The notes below the pieces were generated by a model. The model ran no database searches. It was not told where the DNA came from and saw only the letters and a list, made by a program, of their open reading frames with translations. Below are positions 29,262 through 37,798 of a stretch of 64,000 nucleotides of DNA, piece after piece (within the stretch, counting starts at the first letter, position 1; the number at the start of each line of letters is the position of its first letter). The DNA lies in contig JAPLXQ010000010.1 of assembly GCA_026395995.1 (NCBI GenBank), positions 2,587 through 66,586 of the forward strand, in the 5' to 3' direction. A program made the translations under genes and the position numbers. Origin of the DNA: Candidatus Nomurabacteria bacterium. Its GTDB lineage: Bacteria > Patescibacteriota > Minisyncoccia > Phycocordibacterales > UBA9973.

Positions 29262-29475
29262 CAAACTAAAATCTACCATTATCAACCATATTTATTAAAC
29301 TAAAAATTATATATTATTAGAGATTTCTAATGTAGTATTATCATATAATTTCCAATAAAATCTGTTGTTTCCTATTATTTGCCTTGTGCTTAAAATCCAC
29401 CATTATCCACTATGTTTTTGTGGGTTAAAATTAGATAATCCCTTTACTTAAAAATCCACGATTATCAATGCTATT
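29262..29475. repeat. Three to four direct repeats (iterons) of a ~23-bp unit AAAATCYACSATTATCMA
   Basis: aaaatctaccattatcaaccat (29266), aaaatccaccattatccactat (29392), aaaatccacgattatcaatgct (29451); weaker copy ~29355. Confidence 0.55.
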
Positions 29476-29479
29476 ATTA

Positions 29480-29860
29480 TTAAAGCCCATGACTATGCAA
29501 ACAAAAGGTATACTCTTTTTCGGTAGCTTTTCTTGTTCTCTTTTCAGTATCTATTATTTTAGGTTGTGACTTTTCCCATTCCGCTGGTGTTTGAAAGTCT
29601 GAAAGGGTTAGTGGTGTTTTAGGAGAACTATAATTAAATGTTGGAGTAGTTGAGTTAGCATAGATTTCTTGTTCATAGTTTATCCAAGAACAATTATGTT
29701 TTATTATTGCTGGTCTTACTTGAAACCAGCCAAACAAAATAATAATTACTATTACTATTGCCATTACTTTTCTTTTCTTTGCTAATTCACTTTTAATTTC
29801 TCTCATTCTATCTACAAAAAGTTCTTGTATTTTTTTCATATTTTGGTCCTCATTATTCAT
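29480..29860 (-). CDS. Small membrane protein (single TM)
   Basis: ORF track. Confidence 0.3.
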   Translation of the reverse strand: MNNEDQNMKKIQELFVDRMREIKSELAKKRKVMAIVIVIIILFGWFQVRPAIIKHNCSWINYEQEIYANSTTPTFNYSSPKTPLTLSDFQTPAEWEKSQPKIIDTEKRTRKATEKEYTFCLHSHGL

Positions 29861-30249
29861 ATTTTAATTAAAAAGATAATTATAAAAATCACTAGAACTG
29901 ATAAAAATAAGGACCAATTAAATAATCTTGTAAGAGCAGTTTCTGTATTTTTATCTATTGAGTTAACTGATTGAGTAGTTAGTTGGTTTGTATTCTCTGT
30001 TTTAGGTACGACTGTTATTTTTTCTGCTTGTTTAGCTTCTTGAGTTGGAATAACTTGTTCATTTTTTATTTCTGGTTGTTGTGCTTTAGTTGGAGCTGGT
30101 TTTATTGTAACTTGTTTAGCTTTGGTTTTATTTACCAAATCTTGTAGCTGATATAATGCATCATTACCAACTGTTGATGTTAGTGAATTTGCATGGGAAA
30201 TTCCCGGAATAATCATGGCTAGTATTAAAATTAAGATATATTTCTTCAT
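29857..30249 (-). CDS. Small secreted/membrane-anchored protein (signal peptide + C-terminal TM)
   Basis: Start set at MKKYILILILAMIIPGISHA; 4-bp overlap with downstream gene. Confidence 0.3.
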   Translation of the reverse strand: MKKYILILILAMIIPGISHANSLTSTVGNDALYQLQDLVNKTKAKQVTIKPAPTKAQQPEIKNEQVIPTQEAKQAEKITVVPKTENTNQLTTQSVNSIDKNTETALTRLFNWSLFLSVLVIFIIIFLIKI

Positions 30250-30524
30250 AAGATTTTTGTTATTTTTAATCCTATGAGTAGAAATCAAAAATCCCACCAC
30301 ATAGGTGAGAGCTTTCGCTCTCTGCATCCGTTTCCAGATACAGCTCGTCAAAGCATCCCTATATGATGGGGTTTCTAGCTTTGACGAGACTTTCGGCCAT
30401 GTCTTTATTTCTAAAGGGTTAGGCCACTTATATATTAAATTGTATGTTTATGATAACATATTTATATCTCTTATTGAATTAACTATTTACTTTAAGTCGG
30501 GGATACACCGCTTATTGAATATCA

Positions 30525-32305
30525 ATGACTGAATTATCAAAAACAGAAGAAAGAACCTTAAAAGTAGCTCTTTATTTAAGAGTGTCTACAGACGAACAAG
30601 TTGAAAAATTTGGGCTCTCTTTGCAAAGAGATGCTTTGATGTCTCTTATAAAATCAAAGGGCAATTTAATTACTGGTCAGCCAGTCTGGGCTTTTGCAGG
30701 GGAGGAGCATGTTTATATTGACGGTGGGGTTAGTGGCACAATTTCGCTTGATGATCGGCCCAGTTTTGCGAAGCTAAAAGAAGCTATCATTTTTTCATCT
30801 CCGGATAATAAACCTTTTGATATTGTGGCTGTTTATAAAATTGATCGTTTTGCCAGAAAATTGAAAATACTCCTTGATGTTATAGATTTTTTTGATAAAA
30901 ATGATGTTCAATTTATTTCAGCAAGTGAAAGTATAGACACTTCTACTCCTTTTGGAAAAGCGATGCTAGGAATTATTGGAATCATAGCCGAGCTTGACCG
31001 AGATACGATACTTGATAAAACAAGGCGTGGGCGCTATCAGTCTGCTTTATCGGGTGTTGTGATGGGTAATTCTGCATCTTATGGATACAGAAAAGATGAA
31101 AATAAGCATCTTGTAATTCTCAACGAAGAAGCTGATTGTATAAGAAACATATTTAATTTATTTGTGAATGGTTGGAATTCTGAAAAAATTGCTAGACATT
31201 TAACTAATTCTGGAATTTTATCACCAGAAGCGTCTGGTATAAAAAAACGAAAAAGAAAAGGCGGAACCAAACATAAGAACCCTCTCACTTATTGGAGGTC
31301 AGAAACAATACGAAGAATTTTATTGAATGAAATTTATATAGGCAAAATATATTTTGGTAAGTCTAAAGATGGTAAAGAGTTGGAAAAAAGTGAGTGGAAA
31401 ATTGCAGATCAGGAAGCCCCTATAATCGTTGATTTGCTGATCTTTGAAAAAGCGCAGAGACTTTTAGAAAATGTTAAACATCAGAGAAGAAATAGCCCTA
31501 AAAATAATCATACTTATCTACTCACTAGTCTTTTAAGGTGTGATTGTTGTTATAAAATAGAAAGAGATTCTAATAGATCTGTTTGGGGAGGTGAGCCCAA
31601 AAAGCTTGATAGTGGAGGAAAAACTTATTATTACAATTGTAGAAGAAAAAGAAAAGCTAAATCGTATTTTCCTTGCTCTTCGTTATCTTTACCAGCTGAT
31701 GAAATAGAAAATTATATAGTAGATTTTTGTTTACAGATTGTAAGTTCACCTATTGCTGTGTTTAGGTATCAACAAAATCTTGCTTCAAGTAAAAATCACA
31801 TTAAACTTCTTCGTAAAAAAAGTGAAGATGCCGTAAGGTTGATTCAAGCAAGTGAAAATAGGCAAAAAAATTCAAAGGAGCAACATCGTGTTGGTATTAT
31901 AAAAATGCCACAATTACAGAAATATTTGCTAGATGAGGAAAACACAATAAAAAGATTGAAATCCCAACAAAAGGAAATTGAAGTTGAACTTTCAAAAGAA
32001 AGCACATCAGAACGTTATGCTCAAACCTTTGAATTACTTTCAACTAAATATGTAGGGGCTTTAGAGGAAATAAAAAAGAACCGCGAAAATTTGTACGACT
32101 TAATTCATTTACTGATTGAAGAGATTGTTGTGATAACAAGGCCAGTTACTCCAGAAGATAAGGTTGCTGGAATAAAAAAAGAAGGGCAAGAAATACCCGA
32201 TGCACTTCATATAAAATTGAAATTACCGCAGGATATTATAAAGAAATTAGCTGAATCCACTCTAAAGAATTCTGTTGCCGGTTCGGGGCAAGAACTCATC
32301 TCTGG
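30525..32305 (+). CDS. Large serine recombinase (integrase); ORF reads on through tRNA-Val to 32372
   Basis: N-terminal resolvase catalytic domain ALYLRVSTDEQ, recombinase domain, Cys-rich zinc ribbon, C-terminal coiled coil; ~590-615 aa. Confidence 0.8.
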
Positions 32306-32378
32306 TGCGAGGTACAGGACTCGAACCTGTGACCTTCCCGGTGTAAACGGGTTGCTCTACCAACTGAGCTAACCTCGC
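32306..32378 (-). tRNA. tRNA-Val (anticodon TAC)
   Basis: Acceptor GCGAGGT/ACCTCGC, anticodon loop TTTACAC, T-arm ACAGGTTCGAGTCCTGT, CCA encoded. Confidence 0.8.
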
Positions 32379-32542
32379 AATGTGTATTAAGTTTTAATAT
32401 AACGTTGATTTTGCTAATTTGGTCTCATACCTACCAAAACAGCATAACCTCGCAAAATTCAAAAAAACAATTTTTTCTGAAGGTTTCTAAAGTATACGCT
32501 AAAATGTATATTTTTCAAGTTTTGTGATAATATTTAGATATT

Positions 32543-33457
32543 ATGGAAAATAAAAATTTAATGAAATATGCTGGTGAGGGTATTTTGAATAGTGTTGAAA
32601 AACAAATAGCACTTGCTCGTAAGCTAGAAGATGTCTATAAAAACAGGCCTGATCCAAGGAATTTTATAGGAGCAATGTCTGGCACTAAGCGTGAGAATGA
32701 ATATTCTGCTGAAGAGATAGAAAAAGATATTTCTTATGTTGAAAACACAAAAGCAAGCATAGAAAAAAGTAATAAAGAGAAAGGAATTGATACCTTAGCT
32801 ATTCTTGAAAGTGGTTTTTCTTTGAGTGAAATGATGCAAGCAATGATCATTGATCGTATTAATAAAGGAATGTTTCCAGGTTTTAAAGCGGTGATGACAT
32901 CTGAAAGAGATGATTTAAAAGTGGGGATTGATGCTGTTCTTAAAAAGAAAGAGCTTGGATATTTGGGTGCATCTTTTGATTTTACAATTACAGCAAGTAA
33001 GACAAATATACAAGACAAATTAGAAAAAAATTGGAACTTTAACATAGAAAGACATATTATTCCTACTGTAAAATATTTTGAAGATCCAGATACTCATGAA
33101 AAAAGGTCACTCTTAGTACCTAAGTTTATCATTGGTGGAAGTAAAAAAGATATAGAGTTTTTTACAGATAAATATTTAAACGATAAGGCTGATGAATTGA
33201 ACGATCATCCTTTTAAACATATGATGATTAAGCAGATTGATATGCAGCTAGATTCAGCTATCAAATTTTTTGAAACCAAAAAAGATGATAGAAGTTTTGA
33301 TTTCATAAAAAAAGAATACATGGAAATAAAATCTTTTATTGAAAAACTAAAAGAAGATGTGCATTATCAAGAATATGTAAAATCTAAGGATTTTATGGAA
33401 GCTAAAAAAGATGGTGTTGCCTTTAAGGCCATAAAAGAGTTTTGTGATGAAAAATAG
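32543..33457 (+). CDS. Hypothetical K/E-rich protein
   Basis: ORF track. Confidence 0.3.
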   Translation: MENKNLMKYAGEGILNSVEKQIALARKLEDVYKNRPDPRNFIGAMSGTKRENEYSAEEIEKDISYVENTKASIEKSNKEKGIDTLAILESGFSLSEMMQAMIIDRINKGMFPGFKAVMTSERDDLKVGIDAVLKKKELGYLGASFDFTITASKTNIQDKLEKNWNFNIERHIIPTVKYFEDPDTHEKRSLLVPKFIIGGSKKDIEFFTDKYLNDKADELNDHPFKHMMIKQIDMQLDSAIKFFETKKDDRSFDFIKKEYMEIKSFIEKLKEDVHYQEYVKSKDFMEAKKDGVAFKAIKEFCDEK

Positions 33458-34294
33458 ATGAAAAAAAAGATATCAGTCTTATATTCAAACAAAGACATTT
33501 TGGTCATAAATAAACCAGCGGGGATTTCGGTCCACGGTGACGGTAGGAGCGATGTGGAAACTTTAGCAGATTTGATATTGGCGGAATATCCAGAGATGAA
33601 AGACGTAGGTGAACCGATGGAAATAGATATCGGTGGTGGTGAGAAGAAAATTATATATCGTCCTGGAATAGTACACAGACTCGACAAAGATACGAGTGGA
33701 GTTCTTATCTTGGCTCGCAATCAAAAAGCTTATGAATATTTAAAAGAGCAATTTCAAAATAGGGAAGTGAAGAAAACTTATAATACTCTCGTCTATGGAA
33801 ATATGAAAAATGATTTTGGTATTGTGGATGCTGGTATCGGACGTAGTCCGAGTGATCCTAGAAAGAGAATTGCTTCACGTGGTAAGACTGGCAAGATTCG
33901 TGACGCAGTAACTGAATATAAAGTTTTGAAAAGAATTTCAGTCGGGAAAAGGTCGGACCTTAAGAATTCAAAAAGGTCCGACCTTGAGGGGACTGGAATT
34001 CAAGCACCTCACCCCAGCCCTCTCCTTAGCGAAGGAGAGGGAGAAGAAAAATTCACTTGGCTCGAAGTTAAACCAAAAACAGGACGCACACACCAGATCC
34101 GCGTGCATATGAAATTCCTAAATCATCCTGTCGTAGCGGACCAATTATATACTCCAAAGGACGCCACAACACCTTTTGGCATCTCCCGCCTAGCACTTCA
34201 TGCTTCATCTATTGAATTTAAAAACCTCAAAGGGGAAACCATCAAAATAGAAGCCCCACTACCGGAAGATTTGGAAAAAATACTTGAAAAATAA
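33458..34294 (+). CDS. RluA-family 23S rRNA/tRNA pseudouridine synthase with in-frame palindromic-repeat insertions
   Basis: HRLDKDTSGVLILARN catalytic motif; insertion at 33947-34044 encoding VGKRSDLKNSKRSDLEGTGIQAPHPSPLLSEGEGEE. Confidence 0.8.
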   Translation: MKKKISVLYSNKDILVINKPAGISVHGDGRSDVETLADLILAEYPEMKDVGEPMEIDIGGGEKKIIYRPGIVHRLDKDTSGVLILARNQKAYEYLKEQFQNREVKKTYNTLVYGNMKNDFGIVDAGIGRSPSDPRKRIASRGKTGKIRDAVTEYKVLKRISVGKRSDLKNSKRSDLEGTGIQAPHPSPLLSEGEGEEKFTWLEVKPKTGRTHQIRVHMKFLNHPVVADQLYTPKDATTPFGISRLALHASSIEFKNLKGETIKIEAPLPEDLEKILEK

Positions 34295-34454
34295 CACCTA
34301 AAACAGGTCTTATTTTACCGGCAATATCTACTTGACTTTTGTGTCTATTTTATGCTATAATATACTCAGCTTTATAAAATAAGTTACATATAGGGATATA
34401 TGGAATGGGGAGCAGCATTCTGCCAAAATAGTTCATTTATAATTTTATATACAT

Positions 34455-36344
34455 ATGTTGTTTTTATTTCTTGCTTTAGTAACAGCACTTATTGGTGCTT
34501 CGCCTTTTCTTGTTTCAAAAGATTTTGGTTCATTTATTGTCGCTGCAATTATTTATTTAATAGTTGGGTGGCTCGCTTATTATTTCTTCCCTCCTTGTCT
34601 GGAGTACGGACTTTTTGATGGTGTGTTTGGAGTAACTTTTGTTTTTTCAATTATCTCTACTGTTATTACAATGAGTATGGATAGTGACAATAGTTTTTCT
34701 TTAACAATTCCAATAGTTGGTCTTATTGTTTTAATTTTTGCTTGTTTATCTAGCTGTGGTTCTTGTAATACTACAAGATATGCCGCACTTGTAGGTAATA
34801 TTAGTAAAGAAGGTAAAACTTTAAAACATTGGACTCAGCAAAATCAGGAGATCTCACCTTCACACATTCGTATTGTTCCTAAAGAACATGCTTTGTCTAT
34901 TGCTAAAACTTCACTTAATCAAAATTCTGATGGTAGTGGAAATTTAGTCGGAAGTCAGTTTACCTTATCTGAAAAACTTATTACGTTACAGAAAGTTGAT
35001 AGTGAAATGTATTATGTTATTCCTCTTGATTTTAAAAATTGGGGAGTTTGGAATAATGTTACTACTGGAGTCCCAGGTTTTGTAATAGTAGATGCTGAAG
35101 ATCAACATGCAACGCCTAGGTATATTGATGGGCATTCTATGAAATTTACTCCAGGAGCTTGTTTTAGTCAAAATCTTGAGCGATATCTTTATTCGGAAAA
35201 AGGTTACTCAAATAAAATTTTGACTGACTACTCTTTTGAGTTAAATGATTCTTTAAAACCGTATTGGGTTATAAGTGTTTGCCATCATACAATCGGCACT
35301 GATGGAGGTATTGTTGTTGATGGTGTGGTAATTGTGGATCCAGAAAATGGAGAAACAAATTATTATGATAAAAACAAAGCACCTAGTTGGGTTGATCGAA
35401 TAATTCCAGAACAGATTATTAATAATAATCTAAAATACTGGGGAACTTACTCTAGTGGTTTCTGGAATAATACTTCTTGGGGTACTCAAGCTAATTTAAG
35501 AGAGCCTGAGTCAACTCTTTTGAATTATGGTAGTGATGGAACTTGTTGGTATGTAACTCCAATGACTTCGACTTCTGGTGAAGACCATACTATGACTGAT
35601 TTAATTTATACTAATTCTCGTACAGGTGAATCTCATCGTTACTGTGTGTCTGGTTCTACTGAAGAAAAAATAACAGCTACTGTTGATGCTACTGTTAAGT
35701 TTCAGAATTTACATGCTGCAGCAATTGTATTTGAAAATGTTTCAGATAAATTAACAGCATTGGTTCCAATATTAGCTGAAGATCATTCTATTAGAGGATT
35801 GGCTTTAGTTGATGTTGCTACAAAAAGTTTAGCGTGGGATCCTGATCCTGCAAATGCTTTGATGAAATATCAAAACAGTTTAGGATCAATCGCTTCTGCT
35901 ATTGGTACTGATATAGCAACTAATCAAGAGGATTATGTTGGAGTTATAGGTCGTATAAATGAAGGATTTACAACTTCTGGAAGTTTATATTATCTTTACT
36001 TTAATAAAAGTAGCCATATTTATGTGGTTCCACAATCTTATCGTGAAGTTCTTATTAGTCAGCCTGGAGATTCAGTAAGGATTAAGTTTCTTGATTCTCC
36101 TTCAGATCTTATTTCTGTAAATTATTTTGATAACCTGAGCTTAAATATAAAAGCTTCAAAAAATCAAAGCGATGTAATTAATAGAACAAATAAGAAAAGA
36201 GCAGATGAACGTTTGGATGCTTCAAGAAAGTCAGTAAAGGGAACCATTAATAATGGAGATATTTCTAATGAAGTTCTTGATTCAATTGCTCGAGATTTAG
36301 GTAAACAGAAAAATTCTGAAAAACCTAAAAAGAGTAAAAAATAA
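34455..36344 (+). CDS. Hypothetical membrane-anchored extracellular protein (N-terminal TM helices, Lys-rich C-terminus)
   Basis: ORF track. Confidence 0.35.
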   Translation: MLFLFLALVTALIGASPFLVSKDFGSFIVAAIIYLIVGWLAYYFFPPCLEYGLFDGVFGVTFVFSIISTVITMSMDSDNSFSLTIPIVGLIVLIFACLSSCGSCNTTRYAALVGNISKEGKTLKHWTQQNQEISPSHIRIVPKEHALSIAKTSLNQNSDGSGNLVGSQFTLSEKLITLQKVDSEMYYVIPLDFKNWGVWNNVTTGVPGFVIVDAEDQHATPRYIDGHSMKFTPGACFSQNLERYLYSEKGYSNKILTDYSFELNDSLKPYWVISVCHHTIGTDGGIVVDGVVIVDPENGETNYYDKNKAPSWVDRIIPEQIINNNLKYWGTYSSGFWNNTSWGTQANLREPESTLLNYGSDGTCWYVTPMTSTSGEDHTMTDLIYTNSRTGESHRYCVSGSTEEKITATVDATVKFQNLHAAAIVFENVSDKLTALVPILAEDHSIRGLALVDVATKSLAWDPDPANALMKYQNSLGSIASAIGTDIATNQEDYVGVIGRINEGFTTSGSLYYLYFNKSSHIYVVPQSYREVLISQPGDSVRIKFLDSPSDLISVNYFDNLSLNIKASKNQSDVINRTNKKRADERLDASRKSVKGTINNGDISNEVLDSIARDLGKQKNSEKPKKSKK

Positions 36345-36370
36345 ACTGCGACCAGTCAGATACTGGAAAT

Positions 36371-36405
36371 CCCCACTTTTTAATTAAAGTGGGGATTTTT
36401 GTTTT
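36371..36405 (+). terminator. Rho-independent terminator
   Basis: aaatccccactttttaattaaagtggggatttttgtttt. Confidence 0.55.
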
Positions 36406-36448
36406 AATAATTGCAAAATCTAATGCTTTGTGTTAGATTATATGAACT

Positions 36449-36874
36449 ATGACAGTAACAAATATAAAACTTAGTCCAGTAGATATGGATGCCCGAAAAA
36501 AGCTTGATTTTAAAGCCGGGGATACTATTCGCGTGTGGTCAAAGATTCCAGACGAAAAAGCTACAAAAAAGGGAGATGCACAAAAATTCCGCTCTCAGGC
36601 TTTTGAAGGAATCGTATTAGCTCGTAAACACGGCACAGAAATCGGAGGTACTTTTACAGTTCGTAAAGTAGCTAGTAGTGTCGGAGTAGAAAGAATTTTC
36701 CCAATTTTTTCTCCAATGATCGACAAAGTAGAAATCATCAAGAAAGCAAATGCCGGACGCAGTAAGCTCTACTATGTACGTACAAAAGCGGTCAAAGATG
36801 TTCGCCGAAAACTCCGTTCAGTAGCAATGTCCGCAGAACACGAAATGGAACCAGAAGTAAAAGAAGAAAAATAA
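36449..36874 (+). CDS. rplS: 50S ribosomal protein L19
   Basis: FEGIVLARKHGTEIGGTFTVRKVASSVGVERIFPIFSPMIDKVEI matches L19 core. Confidence 0.85.
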   Translation: MTVTNIKLSPVDMDARKKLDFKAGDTIRVWSKIPDEKATKKGDAQKFRSQAFEGIVLARKHGTEIGGTFTVRKVASSVGVERIFPIFSPMIDKVEIIKKANAGRSKLYYVRTKAVKDVRRKLRSVAMSAEHEMEPEVKEEK

Positions 36875-36964
36875 TTTTAAATATAAAAAGAAAACCCACT
36901 CAATAAAAATTTGGTGGGTTTTCTTTTTAGTTAAATATGCTAGTATCAAATATATAAGATATTT

Positions 36965-37046
36965 GCACGAGTGGCGGAACTGGTATACGCGTACGATTGA
37001 GGTTCGTATGGAGCAATCCTTGGAGGTTCAAGTCCTCTCTCGTGCA
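36965..37046 (+). tRNA. tRNA-Leu (anticodon GAG), type II
   Basis: Acceptor GCACGAG/CTCGTGC, anticodon stem-loop TACGA TTGAGGT TCGTA, variable arm, T-loop TTCAAGT. Confidence 0.75.
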
Positions 37047-37056
37047 CAACAAATAT

Positions 37057-37602
37057 ATGATTTTTCTTTATATTGTAATTTTGATTCTGTTTCTTTTTAT
37101 TTTATTTCTTTTTACTTCTTTTTTGACCCCGCTTTTTTCCAAGGTACCTTTTGTACCAGTGAGGGGGAGAATCGTAGATGAAATAATTGCAGCATTAGAA
37201 TTGAAAGACGATAGTGTTCTTTATGATCTTGGTTGTGGGGATGGTAGAGTGCTTTTTGCTGGAGTAAAAGATTTTCCAAATAGGAGCGCGCTCGGTATCG
37301 AGCGCGCTCCATTCCCATACCTTTGTGCAAAAATTAGAAAAGTCTTTTCTAAGACAAAAAATGTTTCTATTGTTTACGGTGATTTTTTTAAATTAGATTT
37401 TTCTCCGGCGACCCATATTTTTATTTATCTTTTTCCTAGTATTCTCGATGAGCTTTTACCAAGATTCGAAAAAGAATTAAAACAGGGGACTAGATTAGTG
37501 TCTTGCGATTTTCAATTTTCAAAAAGAAAACCAGATGAAGTAATAAAAACAAAATCAAAAGACTGGCAAACAAATCACACTATCTACGTTTATTACTTTT
37601 AA
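37057..37602 (+). CDS. Class I SAM-dependent methyltransferase with N-terminal TM anchor
   Basis: Motif I LYDLGCGDGRVL; start chosen downstream of tRNA-Leu. Confidence 0.6.
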   Translation: MIFLYIVILILFLFILFLFTSFLTPLFSKVPFVPVRGRIVDEIIAALELKDDSVLYDLGCGDGRVLFAGVKDFPNRSALGIERAPFPYLCAKIRKVFSKTKNVSIVYGDFFKLDFSPATHIFIYLFPSILDELLPRFEKELKQGTRLVSCDFQFSKRKPDEVIKTKSKDWQTNHTIYVYYF

Positions 37603-37680
37603 TTTTTTTTTAAAAAACTTTAACTTTTTCTAAAAATCTGTTATAACTATATAGCTAACCCAAATAGGGAATAGTTACAT

Positions 37681-37753
37681 GGAGGCATTGGTGTAGCGGT
37701 AACACTACAGCTTGTGGAGCTGTCATCGAGGGTTCGACCCCCTCATGCCTCCC
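37681..37753 (+). tRNA. tRNA-His (anticodon GTG) with encoded G-1
   Basis: 8-bp acceptor GGAGGCAT/ATGCCTCC, anticodon stem-loop ACAGC TTGTGGA GCTGT, T-arm GAGGGTTCGACCCCCTC, discriminator C. Confidence 0.8.
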
Positions 37754-37798
37754 ATTAATTTCAAAAATCCCCTTATTTTGCTATAATGGGAGTATATT

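Noticed and set aside
36963-37181. Two ORFs starting at 36963 and 36997
   Set aside because: Their 5' parts translate through tRNA-Leu(GAG). The real methyltransferase start is placed at 37057.
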